This document shows positions 1 to 12,682 of a stretch of DNA of 64,000 nt, one piece after another. Under the pieces are notes generated by a model, which saw only the letters and a program-made list of their open reading frames with translations, had not been told where the DNA came from and made no database searches. A program made the position numbers and the translations under genes. Every line of letters starts with the position of its first letter. Position 1 is the stretch's first letter. Source of the stretch: Batkoa obscura (taxonomy: Eukaryota); assembly GCA_030770535.1 (NCBI GenBank), contig JASVEC010000017.1, forward strand, positions 682,001-746,000, read 5' to 3'.

Positions 1-415
1 TTGAAAATATTAATTGAATATTCAATTTTAATAACCCCTTTTTTTTATTTGAATATTAATTTATGATTTTAACACGTTCAGTTATTATAGAGATTAAAAT
101 ATAATTATTAAATTCTATTTTAAAAAATAATATTTTTAAATAAAATAACTTAAATAAGCTTTTAATATAGTTAGTTACTAATAGTTGTTTTAAAATTGAC
201 AAAAATATTATTAGTACTAGAATATTTTTTTTATAAAATTTTATAAGTTTAATAATAAATAAATTGTTAAATTATAATCAATTTTTGTCTGTTTTTAAAC
301 TATGTCCTTGGTTAGTTTTGTATTTATTTAGTTTTTATAATTTATTTTTATTAATAAATAATACTAAAACTAGAAACGTTTATATTTTAAAAAAAAAAGT
401 AATATTCTATCAAAA

Positions 416-952
416 TATAGGGGGTGTGAAAGTTGGTACTCAGTGGTAGGAGTTAAAAGCAGTTCTTGGTTGATTAACTTGCCTTGAGTTGAACGGTTTT
501 AGTTTATGTAACTAAGATAGACTTAAATGAATAAGAATAATACGTAATAAGTTACGAACTATGTAAAACAAATAGAATAGAAGATACTACTGTAAAATCT
601 ACCTAAGACATTGTCAGAAAGACTAAGTGGCTTTATTAATGGTACGATATCAAGGAGTAATTCAGTTAAAAAGCCTCGAGTTATTATGTTGAAGAATCTC
701 TTTTATACTCTTTGCAATGTGAAGTTAGAAATTCTCGCAGCAAATCAAAATAAAGGACTCTGAGTTGATTGTGTTTGAACTTGAGAACACAGCAATTTGA
801 GTGATTGTTGTGTTATAATCAATCTGAGAGCTAATAAACCAATATTTCACAGGGGTGTTTTTTTTGGCTTCATTATTTTTTCCATTTTTTAAGCGCTATT
901 TCAGCAGAAAGATTGTTAGTAAAATCCCTAAACAAAAAAATACATCCCCTAT
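416..952. mobile_element. ~105-bp Tc1/mariner-type MITE copy, split by a solo LTR (425..851)
   Basis: Left end TATAGGGG precedes the LTR. The remainder (GGGGTGTTTTTTTTTGGCTTCATT...AAGCGCTATT...AAAAAAATACATCCCCTATA) follows it and matches the MITE consensus seen elsewhere in the window. Confidence 0.8.
425..851 (+). mobile_element. Solo LTR-like element (copy 1)
   Basis: TGTGAAA...TTTCACA inverted termini, AATAAA near the 3' end, GGGG on both flanks (4-bp TSD). Three further copies occur in the window. Confidence 0.8.
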
Positions 953-1897
953 ATATATATATTGATAATTTAAAGCAAATAAAAATATTAAACTAACAAT
1001 AAGTTTTTTCATATAACAGTATAAATAATAAAATTTAAAATTAAATTATTTTAAATATTAAATAAAAAAATAAAATTTATTAAATTAAATATATATAAAT
1101 GTTTATTTTTTAATTAGTTTAAAATTATAGAAACATTATTTAAATTACATTTGAAAGTTTCATTTATTAATTTTTAAATTAACTAATTATATTGAAAAAC
1201 ATTTTAAATATTATTTATATTAACAAAAGATAAGTTTAAATATTATACTGCTTTAGCTTAAAAATAAAATTCCAATTATTAAATATTTATTTAGCTTTCT
1301 ATATTTATGAAAAAAAATTAATTTGTTAAACTTTGAATGTTTATATTTAATAAATTGTTTCTTCATTATAACTTTTTTTTTTAAAATTGAATATCTTAAA
1401 ACAAATGTAAAATATAATTTACTAATTATTTTTCAGATTTTAAAGCAAAAATGCCAAGTGTTTTCAAAAATTTAAAATGAAAGCTAATTGATTTTAAATA
1501 TTACAACATACTATTAAGTTACTATAAAATATAGTAACATATACTTTGGAATCAAGCCATGACTAATAGTTAGATAAAAAAGGATGTTGATATTGACTTT
1601 AACTCTAAATTTAGTAGATCACATAGTGGTACTTTGAAATTATTATATTTGAACGCTTATTTTTGTATTTGACCTCCTTTTCATTTTTTTACAGAACTAT
1701 ATTTAACTTTAATTCGTTAATTTAGAATAATTAACTTTGTGGACCAATCGGATTTCTTATTATTTAAAACATAGAACATTATTAATGAAATCAATTAAAA
1801 AGCTAAAACAACTTTAATCTATTGATTTAGTTTACAATAAGCGGTGAATTATGTACTATATATACAATGAACATACCCAGTACATGCCTTACAAATT

Positions 1898-2686
1898 ATG
1901 AATGAGTTAAATTTTATTAAAAGTGAATCCACATCTCCGAAGCAAAAGGAGAGGGTGGTATTGAGCATGGCACAAAGATTAGAAATTATAAATCTAGGCG
2001 AGCAACATGGGTTATCTCATCAAGAGATAGCCACTCAATTTAATGTAGGAAGAAGCACCGTGACAAAGATACTTCTAAATAAAGAAAAAATCAAAATGAT
2101 AAGTAAAGGAGTTTCAAATGATTTAAGGAAAAGGATACGAACTAGTGAATTTGATGAGCTTGAAAGAAGGTTAGCAGTTTGGTGTACTAAAGATGCTATT
2201 ATTAATGATAAAGGTATATTGGAATTAACTTCGCAACATGACAGCTCTAAAATTGAAGAAAAAGCTCAAGAGCTTGCTATTGAATTAAAATTATCAAACT
2301 TTAATCTAAATAGTAGATGGCTAGTTAAGTTTCGTAGAAAATTTAAACTTGGGTTTAAGAATATTATCAAAAGTAAAGAGGATAATAATCAATCTCTAAA
2401 TCAGAATGTGTATAATCAAATTGAGACTACTGGGTTCCAAAATTTATCCTTTTTTGATTCCAATCCTTCTGGCTTTAAGAATGGGTTCTATAATTATAGC
2501 AATAATTCGAATTACAACCCGGTTCTCCTTAACTTTAATAATAGCCTTTGGGACAATAATTATCGTATTCCCAGTTTTGATGATACTTTTAATTATAGTA
2601 ACATGAATGGTTGCACTTATACTCAACCATATGTAAATGAATTTTATAACTTGTTCAGTGATAATAATGATTTATCGAATCGTTGA
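1898..2686 (+). CDS. CENP-B/pogo-type bipartite HTH protein, paralog 1 (no DDE; N/F/Y-rich tail)
   Basis: LSMAQRLEII..HQEIATQFNVGRSTVTKI (HTH_psq/CENP-B N-like), RKRIR..EFDELE..W, WLVKFRRKFKL (HTH_Tnp_Tc5-like). TATA-like element ~40 bp upstream. Confidence 0.85.
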   Translation: MNELNFIKSESTSPKQKERVVLSMAQRLEIINLGEQHGLSHQEIATQFNVGRSTVTKILLNKEKIKMISKGVSNDLRKRIRTSEFDELERRLAVWCTKDAIINDKGILELTSQHDSSKIEEKAQELAIELKLSNFNLNSRWLVKFRRKFKLGFKNIIKSKEDNNQSLNQNVYNQIETTGFQNLSFFDSNPSGFKNGFYNYSNNSNYNPVLLNFNNSLWDNNYRIPSFDDTFNYSNMNGCTYTQPYVNEFYNLFSDNNDLSNR

Positions 2687-4446
2687 TTTAATTTGATTAG
2701 TTATAAAATTATAGATCATTATGATAGGCTATTGTTAAATTAATACATAGTAAGTTTCTCATGTCAATATTTGCTTTTTATCTCTGAGCGATTGCTTGTT
2801 GAGTTTTAGTTACTCTTCAATTTTAATTGAAAACCAACTTTCTATACATTCCTATTACTCTAACCTTTACTTGTAAAAGTATTTCTGAGATTTTGAGGAT
2901 ATAAACCAACCGAGTACCTAAATGAAAATAAGGAATAAAAGTAAAAAAAGATTTATTTGAAAATAAACTTAAATTTAAATATAATAGCTCTGATTTTGAT
3001 AAATATTGCTTTAATTTTTAGAATATTATAAAGTAATAATTATTCTAAAAGTAAAACTTTTTCAACCAGTTTATGACAATACCCTTATGAATACTTTTTT
3101 ACCATCTATGTATTAAATATAATTACATAGATCTATTATAACTAAATCTAATATATTGTGGCAAATTATTTAATCTTTAAGAATACTAACATTTATTGGA
3201 TTTTATATTTGGTATCTTACATAACATTCTGACAGCGTATCTACTTTTGACCAAAATAATTTATTTTTATGTAAACATCAAGATTTTTTTAATGAATTCG
3301 TTTTACTTATATCACAAAAAATTATGCAGTTAAAATTTTAAGTGCTTTTTTTACTTAGTTTTATAGCTTCCACTCTACTTTATCAATGGGAATATATTAA
3401 ATATTGGCACTTTAAAACTTGGAATTTTCATTTAAAACTAGAATCCTTTAACAAATAGTCCAAATTAGATTACTTTACTACTGATTTGACATAAGCATAA
3501 TATGGACATTTTATTTCTGTATTTGTCAAATACAAAAACAGGAAAAATCTTTATGATTAAACTCATTAAATACAAAATAAAAATGCCTATGTTGTGTTTA
3601 AATCAAATCAGTAGTATATGAATTTTGAATTTTAAGTGTCATTTTCCTTTTTTGATTTAGTAGAATAAAATGAATTAAGCGAATTAAATTATATTATATT
3701 ATTAAAAAATATATTTCAAATTAACTGAAACCTAGAACGTTAAGATAATAAAACTAAATTTAGTAAATTACTTTTCGAATTTTGAAACAGAAAATGACAT
3801 GTTTTATTTTGTGATATAAAATTAATAATTTGAAAAGCATGAGATAAATAGAATTAAGTTTAATAAGTTTTAAAGTTCTCATGATTTTCATGTTTATTCA
3901 AGGTCTTGGCTATTACTCAGTATTTTAATGATTCTGCAGCAATATTAAAGGTAGCTATAATATTGATTTATAAGATTTCACCGTTTTTGTTATCAAATGA
4001 GCCCTACAAAATAACTTTAATTAATTTTTGAACTTTACACTATAGTCATTTCGTGACTCATGAAATTGACCTTATTGAATTAAAAACTGCGCATTTTTCA
4101 AACGCAGCGATTTCATTTTTTTGAAGCTTATGTAAGAAAAATGGATATCTTTCTTGCAAATATAAACAAAATACCATGTATATATTTAGGATCTTTATTT
4201 AATTTAATTATAAAATATTCCCATAACTGACCTTATGTCCTATAATTTTAGCAGTGTTTATTTTACAGTAAAAAAAAGTTGACCAAGAATAAAGTTCTGC
4301 TGCGTAAAATAGGGAACACAAAATGAAAAATAGTAAAAATTGAATGGTGATATAGTTAAAAGTTCTTACAGTGAGAATGTGGCGTTTTAATATAAAAAGA
4401 TTGACAAAAAAGTATATAAGCATTAAATTAAACAAAATCTCAAATT

Positions 4447-5442
4447 ATGGCTGAAAGTGAAAACTTTATTGATAAATCTAAAAAAGTAGGGAGGACAACT
4501 TTGAGTATGAATGAGAAGCTTAAAATTATAGAGTTAGCAGGTAAACATACACATCAGGAAATTGCAAATCAATTTAATGTTGGACGTAGTACAGTCACTA
4601 AAATTTTATCAAAAAAGGATAAGATTATTGATTCAAGCAAGGGGATTTGTATTGATTTGAGAAGAAGAGTTCGGTCCAATAGCTTTGGTGACATTGAGAA
4701 AAAAGTATTGGAGTGGTGCGCCAAAGATGCGGAATTAGACGAGCAGGGAACTTTAACTTTAAACACAAGATACGACAGCGAGAAAATAGTCAAAAAGGCA
4801 AAGGAAATAGCAAGCGAGATGAATCAACAACATTTTTTTGCAGATAACGTATGGTTAATGAAATTTAGGCGGAGATTTAGGCTCAAGTTTGATATCAAAA
4901 AGCTTGATGATTCTGAGAGCTTTGAAAATAACTCCGAACTTAATGTTTGTAACCAAAACCAAACTCCCATATTTAATGGCAATGAATTTAATTTTGATAG
5001 TAATGGTAATTGGTTTGAAGCAAACGACATGGGACTTGACTTTTTATATAACCACAATAATGCAGTTTATAACAATTTATTGAATCACGCTCAAAGTAAC
5101 GTAAGTAATATTAATACTCAACATAATGAACTTGGCCTAAATTTGTATAACTATAGTAATAATTGCCTTGAAAATAATGCTAAAAGCCCATATCTAATGG
5201 ACTCCGCTATCCCATCCCCATTTTTAACACCCTTGAGTCAATCTTCGCAAAGCATTGAAAGCTTTTTATTTCAACAAAACGACCCTTATGCTCTAGATGG
5301 TTTAAATCTTATGAGCAATGATAATGACTTCAATCAATTAACATCATCTAATACCCTTTTTCCTTACCCTACATCCTTTTCTACTAACCAACTAAATCCT
5401 AAACCAGAAGATTGGACTTCAAACCCACGTAATACTCCGTAA
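4447..5442 (+). CDS. CENP-B/pogo-type bipartite HTH protein, paralog 2
   Basis: HQEIANQFNVGRSTVTKI, RRRVR..F..IE..W, WLMKFRRRFRL; ~180-aa N/S/P-rich tail; TATATAA at ~4413. Confidence 0.85.
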   Translation: MAESENFIDKSKKVGRTTLSMNEKLKIIELAGKHTHQEIANQFNVGRSTVTKILSKKDKIIDSSKGICIDLRRRVRSNSFGDIEKKVLEWCAKDAELDEQGTLTLNTRYDSEKIVKKAKEIASEMNQQHFFADNVWLMKFRRRFRLKFDIKKLDDSESFENNSELNVCNQNQTPIFNGNEFNFDSNGNWFEANDMGLDFLYNHNNAVYNNLLNHAQSNVSNINTQHNELGLNLYNYSNNCLENNAKSPYLMDSAIPSPFLTPLSQSSQSIESFLFQQNDPYALDGLNLMSNDNDFNQLTSSNTLFPYPTSFSTNQLNPKPEDWTSNPRNTP

Positions 5443-6942
5443 AATAAGATGTAGCTACATCTTTCTTAAAAATAATAAAACAATAATAATACATATTTTC
5501 CATTATTATAATGGGTTCTATTATAGCCTTCTGAGTTATGATGTCAGTTTTAGTTATCCTTGTTTAAACTCCATTTTTTTGACCCCGTCTAAATTGAGTA
5601 GTGTTTCAATATAAGAACAAAGATCTTATAATATACAAAGGTGGATGAATATGATAAAAAAATCAAACAAAATGATATCCTAAAAGGTCTTAAAAACTAC
5701 TCAATTAGTTCTATGGGGCTCCTCACTAATATGATGAATTTGTTGAAAAATTTCCAAGTGTAGCACTTTAAATGATTTGATTGAGAGGCCGAATCTAAGG
5801 TTTCTTGAGAAAAATTAATTGCAATATTCAACCTATCTAATTTATTTTGTAATTGCTAGTTTATAAATTTTACCTCTTGATAGGTATCTTTAGATAGAAG
5901 AAGGTGTGAATTCGTTACAAAACTTCTGAACATATTCAAATCAAGTATTAGTAAAATTAGTAATGGATTTTAATACAAGGATCATAAACCATTGAGAATA
6001 AAGACGGCAGAATTAACTCATATTTATAAATCAGAGTAACATTTAAAGAACTCTTAAGAACAAACTAAATTTCTTTATTACAAAAATAATTTTTTAGCCC
6101 AAAAGTACAATTTCAAAAACGCAATTTTTTAATTTAACCTACTCTTTAATAAAATTCATAGTTTGATATTAACTATAAGTTAAGCTATAAGTTAAATTAA
6201 AATTGAAGTCATTATGATCATCATAGTAAATATTAAGATAGCCTAGTGAGCTTTATTAAAAAATTTTAAAATTTGAACGTCATATTACCATATTCCATTA
6301 ATAAGCAGTTATTGATGAAATAAAGTGATAAATTATACAAAAATAATGATTATACGAGATTGAATGGGTACAATTTATTCAAAAAAAGCTTTATAAAAGT
6401 TACTAATAGCAATATTGAGTTTTAAGGATAAACGTTTCACCTGAAACATCAAATTTCAGAGCATTTATTCTATTTATAGTCAATAAATATTTATTAAAGT
6501 TTAATAACTGAATTATAAATATTTTATAAATATAATACATTGGTGTATAATTGAGTATTTTTTTAAAACTGCTACAATTTAAAAAAAGTATATTTCCAAC
6601 GTAGTTGTTAATAAAGAATACCTATATTCGAATTATTTTAACACATTATGCCTATTAGTATATTTTGTTTAGCTACATATAGGATATTTGTGCTAATAAA
6701 CTCATATGTAAAATTCATAATTATAGCGAGGTTTCACTTTGAGTTAGATGTTTCAAATTAATTGTCCATATAGTATATTAAAAACTTTGATATATTAGGA
6801 GAATTTAAAAAGATATATAAATTGAGAAATGCTAAAAAGCATTTGAAACATTTTTTATTCGATAGCTTAAATTTTAACTTTAATTCCCTTGAATAAGGCA
6901 TTGTTACCTTGGTGGCCAAGTTTTTATACAGAGAATCTTACA

Positions 6943-7893
6943 ATGACAAAACGATTTGCTTTGAGTATGTCCCAGAAACTAGAAGTAATAAAATTACATG
7001 AGGACGGAATGCTCCACAAAAACATAGCTGTACGCTTTAATGTAGGTAGGAGTACTGTAACAAAGATATTATTAAAAAAGGATGAGATAAGACAATTATC
7101 CAAGGGAATCCAGATTGATTTAAGGGAAAAAGTCAGGAAGCATGAATTTGCTAATATTGAGCAAAGAGTATTGGAATGGTGCTCCTACGATTTAGTCAAG
7201 GGTCATAAAGGTGATTTATTACTTCCATTAAGCTACACTAGCGATAAAATAAAGGAAAAGGCTAACAAAGTTGCGGCTGAAATAGGAGAAAATAATTTTA
7301 TAGCTGACAATAAATGGCTAGCTAGGTTTCGTAGAAGATTTAAATTAAGCTTTGTAATCAAAAGAAAACGTAAAACCCAGCACTTTATAGATAAAACCAA
7401 TGTCATTGAACCTGAACATTTAGACGATTGTAGCAGCTTGCTAAATCTCAAAAGTTCATTACTTGATGATCAGGGTTGTATTTTAGGCAACGAAGTTTTA
7501 TTAAATAGCTCAAAATTTAAATTTAGTAATAATATCAGTAATGATTTTGAGATGATATTTTATAATGAAGATCAGAATAAAGACTATAGGCCAAATAATG
7601 CGATTTTGAACATCAAGAGCTTGGCTTTTATCCCAAACAGTTCCAGTTGTATCCCTCATTCATATCAAAACTATACGTATACTCCGATAAACTTTATAGA
7701 TGCATTGTTACTTAATGGAATCCCTTTTTATACTAATACCTACCCAAGTGTCATTAATGATGTTATTCCATATCAAAATACATCCTTTCACGAAGTGCCA
7801 ATTTTTGGCACTTCTTCATTTGATCATAGCATTTATTCAAACTCAAATGAAACTTATGGAGAATTTAATAGCGTAAACTCAATAATTGCATAA
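6943..7893 (+). CDS. CENP-B/pogo-type bipartite HTH protein, paralog 3
   Basis: First ATG is at 6943 (the ORF track starts at an upstream TTG). HKNIAVRFNVGRSTVTKI and WLARFRRRFKL motifs; low-complexity tail. Confidence 0.85.
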   Translation: MTKRFALSMSQKLEVIKLHEDGMLHKNIAVRFNVGRSTVTKILLKKDEIRQLSKGIQIDLREKVRKHEFANIEQRVLEWCSYDLVKGHKGDLLLPLSYTSDKIKEKANKVAAEIGENNFIADNKWLARFRRRFKLSFVIKRKRKTQHFIDKTNVIEPEHLDDCSSLLNLKSSLLDDQGCILGNEVLLNSSKFKFSNNISNDFEMIFYNEDQNKDYRPNNAILNIKSLAFIPNSSSCIPHSYQNYTYTPINFIDALLLNGIPFYTNTYPSVINDVIPYQNTSFHEVPIFGTSSFDHSIYSNSNETYGEFNSVNSIIA

Positions 7894-8897
7894 TTCAAAG
7901 ATATGATTGCTTGATATAATTAACTCACTATATATATTATTTTGGATTATTATAATGTCAGTAAACGTAAACTTAGCCTTAAAGTTTTTTATCCAGAAAT
8001 TTTGATTTGTAAATATTAAATAAAAATGTTACGTACAAATTTAGATTTATACTTTTGTTTAATTTTGATATTGCTAAATCTTCTTGACAAGCACCTGAAC
8101 AAATAATTTGTTTAATAAATATAATAAACTGAGAGTACAACGGTTACTTTAAAGTAAATACCTATAAAGTAAAAAGTAAAAGTAGAAAAATGTAGCTTCA
8201 TTTGAATATCTACCAAGCTTTCCTAGAATAGTATAAGAATACATTTATTTACTATTTTACCTTTATCACTGTTTACCCCCACTTCCTTGAGCTATGTCAC
8301 TTCTCGGTAACACATAAGAATTCAAGGATATTAAGCATAGTTATTGTGAAAACTCGATTTTTTTGTCTTCTACAACTACCTTAAACTATATATTAAAAAT
8401 TGGTCAAAACCGATCTTTATATCTATACAATTTTTCTGTTAAGTTTTGCTTTTAGTAAAACCATAAGAGACTATAGTAAAAAATAAACATGCGTAATTTC
8501 AAATAGTTAAATCAGGTGATCTAATAAAAGCTACTTCAATTTACAAGTATCACTAAAGAACCCCATCTCGCAGAGCATAAAATATAATACTTCAAAACAA
8601 GCGTTTTGCTGTAAAATGTTAAATAGGTTTATATAGCTACATAAGGAGATTTAATAAATTATAATAACTTTGTTACAAATGATCAATTGAAATAAGGCCA
8701 ACATATTGCTACTATATTAAATTTATTACAGATAAAAGGAAAGCTCAATCAAGGGTTACTTAAGTAATTCAAAGCATTGAAATAAATAAGATCACTATAA
8801 TGATCTAAATAAAAATTATTGTAATCGTCAGGATAATTTAAAAATGTATCGGTATCGGATAGAGGATTCTAACAGGCTGAAACGTAGCTGTTATTGT

Positions 8898-9506
8898 TCA
8901 AAAAATATATGCATTAAGTTGCGTATTCATATCATCATAGATTTCATTGTAGGTTTGATAATCAGTTAGAGAAGGGAGAGTAAAATCATCAGGCACATTG
9001 CTTTTAATAACGTTAGTACCTTTGATAGTTAAAGAACCTAACTGTTTTTTAGGTATTTTAAATTTTAATTTAAACTTCCTTCGAAGCTTGGATAGCCAAA
9101 GGCTATCTGCAATAAAATGAGATTGATTTAGCTCATTTGCTATTTTTTGGGCTTTCATAATAATCTTATCACTGTCATAATCTGGAGATAATTTAAGAAA
9201 TCCTTGTTCGTCTTTTTCTGCATCCTTGGTGCACCATTCAATCACTCTTCTTTCAAGTATGTTAAATTCGTTTTTTCTAATACGCTTCCTTAAATCATTT
9301 TCAACCCCTTCACTCAATGTAAGTAGTTTTTCTTTGTTAGTAATGATTTTTGATACTGTGCTTCTTCCTATATTAAACATGTTTGAAATGTATTGATTGG
9401 TGCTTCCGGCTTCGTGTAGCCTTATTATTTCTAGTTTCTGAGTCATATCCAATACATTTCTTTCTTTATGTTTTAGTTCAGTACCTTGATTGTTAGTATT
9501 AGCCAT
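8898..9506 (-). CDS. CENP-B/pogo-type bipartite HTH protein, paralog 4 (tail apparently truncated)
   Basis: NQYISNMFNIGRSTVSKI, RKRIRKNEF, WLSKLRRKFKL, VIKSNVP. Tail-like sequence continues out of frame to 8749. Confidence 0.8.
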   Translation of the reverse strand: MANTNNQGTELKHKERNVLDMTQKLEIIRLHEAGSTNQYISNMFNIGRSTVSKIITNKEKLLTLSEGVENDLRKRIRKNEFNILERRVIEWCTKDAEKDEQGFLKLSPDYDSDKIIMKAQKIANELNQSHFIADSLWLSKLRRKFKLKFKIPKKQLGSLTIKGTNVIKSNVPDDFTLPSLTDYQTYNEIYDDMNTQLNAYIF

Positions 9507-11411
9507 TGTTTTTATTTTTTTTTAAATTTATTATTGTTTTAAACCATATATATATTAATGGGATGCTATTTTATAATAGTCAAATGCTCTAACACTATAA
9601 CAAAAATTACGAATACACATACTAATAACATTACATTTGGTATTTGATATGTTTATAATGTTATCTTATGATGCTTCATCTTTTCTGATAACTTCAATTC
9701 TTTATTAGAAGTTTCTTTTTTGTAAAGAATAATTCAAAAGGTTTTGATTCGCTTATCGTTTTATATTTTTTTGACAAAACTCAACAGCGGTGTAACAATA
9801 ACGAATTGATTATAAGCCACATTTACTACAACTAATCAATATAATCAATCTGTTGAGGACATAATGATATTCTCTCAAATTTTATCATCAGAGCTAATAA
9901 TAAGTATTTAAAACTTCACTTACATTTATCTATTTTAAATGTAATATTCAGCATTATTAATTACAATTGCTTTAGAACAATGTATATATTTAATCAATTA
10001 TTTGAGTTATTTATAACTAAATTAGTTATACTGTGGTTGCTATAAAAAATGCTCTTCTATGGTAATGATGTTTATTACCATAAAAGCAGAAACACATGTA
10101 CAAACTTTGATATTTTCAAATATTTAAATCAAAGGGATATTAGGAATTATTAAATATCAATAATTATTTTGAATTTCTATTGCAACCATGAAAAGCTAAT
10201 ATCATGTATTGCCAAAAATTAATACTTCTAACCAATAAAATATAAAGAATTATTATTAGGTCAAAACTCGAATTTATTAATTTTATAGCTTCTATAAAGA
10301 AAATTAGTGATCAAAAATGACACTTTTTACAATGCAAAAAAGGCAAAATAGTCATTTATTTTAAAATAGGAATACTTTAAACTATAGAAGCTAGTGAGAA
10401 GAGCAGAAGAATTAGACTCAACACCTGTCTCCTATTTCTATAGTAACATGTCTACAGATTTTGCGTTCTCTTTTTCAAATGACAAACTTGTGGCTCAAAT
10501 CAAAACCCCAGTTAAAGATATGGAATATTCTTTTTTGAAGGAGTGCACAATACATGAGGAAAATATAACCGTTGTTTGTTTATTGCGAAATTACAAAGAC
10601 TGGAAAAAAAACGCGAAAAAAGAAATACATGAACTTATTTAGAACTCTTGTGCTCAAAGGCAATGTAAATTAATTTGTGGTAAGTATAAAGTTGAATAGG
10701 TATACTAACCCCAAAAGACTTACCTTCAAATAGATAACTTATAAGGGTGAAAAGTATAGCATTAGCGGCTACAACTAGCTTCTAGCTTTGCCCTGGATTT
10801 AAATCATAGTCTAGTCAGCTTAAGTTAATCTAAGCTTATAAAACGGTTTAGTATCTATATGTAATACTTGGTACATGTATTTATAAGTTCAAACTCAATA
10901 ATACTCAAGCTTATAAAAGGACTTAAATAGTTGACATAAGTAACTTAAATAAGATACACATTGAGTTCTTTTCAAAGTTTATATGAAAAAAGTTCTAATT
11001 TAATAAATATGTATTAGTATTTTTTAGTACAGCTAGTAAATTTATATTTAGGAATTATATGTATAATGTTTAATAAAAGTTGTCATAAACAAAAAATATA
11101 TAGGTTTTGTATTTAATTAAATGTTTTAAAAATCCTTGTGCTAAACTTTATAAGATAAATATCAAGGCTGGAGTATAGAAATTTAATGATAAAATTATTA
11201 TTGCTCTGATTTGGGAATTCATCATTAGTTAGAAAATTTATTAGCTCAATACCTATGGGCAATACTTTTGGTATAATACAGCGTTAGACTCCGTCAATAC
11301 TAATTAGATTTGATTTCAGTAGTCTATATCTAGCAGTTATTGATATTCAACGATTCCTTTAACACTACTATAAATAATCTCCACAAAATAAAATAAGTTA
11401 TGACCAAATGA

Positions 11412-11906
11412 TTATTCAAAATCATGGTATTTAGATGCAAAATCGTCTTTATTTAACATAATATACTTATTATTTCCAGATCTCTTTTTACTTATCTTAA
11501 ACTTTAACTTATACTTCCTACGAAATTTAATTAGCCAACTATTATCAATAGTCAAATTATCGATGTTTAGCTCTTCTAATAAAACCTTTGACTTATCTGC
11601 AATAACGTCTCCTGTGGTGTCCTCATTCAATCTTAAGAGGTTATCAGTCATCAATATAGCACCTTCGGAGCAAAACTGTAGCAGTCGATTTTCTAGATCG
11701 TCATATTCTGTTAACCGAATCCTTTTCCTTAGTTTATTAAATACGCCTTCCTTAAGCGACTTGGTTTTATCTTTATTCAAAAAGATTTTAGTTACCGTAC
11801 TTCTCCCAATCTCAAATTGTTCAGCAATAGTTTTATGAGAGAAGTCCTGGTCAGCTTGTCTAATACTTTCTAATTTGGTGGATACGTTAATAACTTTACG
11901 GCTCAT
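11412..11906 (-). CDS. CENP-B/pogo-type bipartite HTH protein, paralog 5 (almost tail-less)
   Basis: ATG at 11906 (MSRKVINV). HKTIAEQFEIGRSTVTKI, RKRIRLTEY, WLIKFRRKYKL; stop ~30 aa after the second HTH. Confidence 0.75.
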   Translation of the reverse strand: MSRKVINVSTKLESIRQADQDFSHKTIAEQFEIGRSTVTKIFLNKDKTKSLKEGVFNKLRKRIRLTEYDDLENRLLQFCSEGAILMTDNLLRLNEDTTGDVIADKSKVLLEELNIDNLTIDNSWLIKFRRKYKLKFKISKKRSGNNKYIMLNKDDFASKYHDFE

Positions 11907-12576
11907 ATTAATTACATGTATGTAAAGTAAATTAACCTTTTTCAAGTTGTTTGTGTATTATTAGACTGTTTATATAATGTTAAACTGTTCCTTAATTCTC
12001 ATGCTTTAAAGCTTTGCCTCCGAGTTATATTTAAAGTTATAAATGATGTCTCTATTTAGAATATTTCATATAGCTATTGCTAAGTTTTACAGAAAATATT
12101 TTTATATTGATGCTTTACTATTAATATTCATTGCGAAGAACTTCATATAGGTTACTCTAAAACCCAAAACTGATTATTGTTTGGTTATTAAAGATACCTC
12201 TCTGTTGATGCTTCTTGTTACTTTTTCGATGACTTGTATTTACTTTTTATCTTGGATTTTATAGCTCTTTCATTTAACTCCACTTATTATATATTATTAA
12301 AATGCTTGACATTTTATAAAAGAGAAAAATAGATAATAAGCGAAACTACATAGAATGCTTGTAGACTAAAGCAATTCATCTTGGTGTAATACTTAGTAAA
12401 ATATTTTAGGGAAATAAAATATGAATTTGTTTGAGGTAGAGCAATTAATTAAAACATATTTTAGCCATTTACATATTGCGAAGTGATTGGTACCATTTTT
12501 AAATAAACGAACCTTACCTAAGCTATTATTTTATATTTCAAAGAGTAGCAAAATTTATTCGAATAAAAAATAAAGA

Positions 12577-12682
12577 TACGAGGATGTTTTTTTTTGGTTT
12601 CATTATTTTTCCCATTCTTTAAGCGCTATTTGAGCGGAAAGACTGTTAGTAAAATTCTTAAACAAAAAAATACTTCCCCATA
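12577..12682 (+). mobile_element. ~105-bp MITE
   Basis: TA-CGAGGATGTTTTTT...AAAAAAATACTTCCCCA-TA; conserved internal AAGCGCTATTTGAGCGGAAA. Confidence 0.85.

Noticed and set aside
264..449. Short ORFs ending VKVGTQW (also 21065..21307) and ORFs containing FFLxSLF..FKRYLS (16329, 35565, 52398, 54598)
   Set aside because: The shared peptides are read-through into LTR or MITE sequence, not a gene family.
4569..4793. Antisense ORFs over HTH genes (also 7233, 11563, 39147, 50087, 53305), several ending VTVL[RL]P
   Set aside because: Shadows of the conserved sense-strand codons.
5446..5463. Perfect palindrome AAGATGTAGCTACATCTT after the paralog 2 stop
   Set aside because: Single occurrence, not found after the other paralogs.
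10394..10780. Coding-like 82-aa ORF with a stop-interrupted continuation
   Set aside because: GTG start and no recognisable motif; probably a decayed TE fragment but unassignable.
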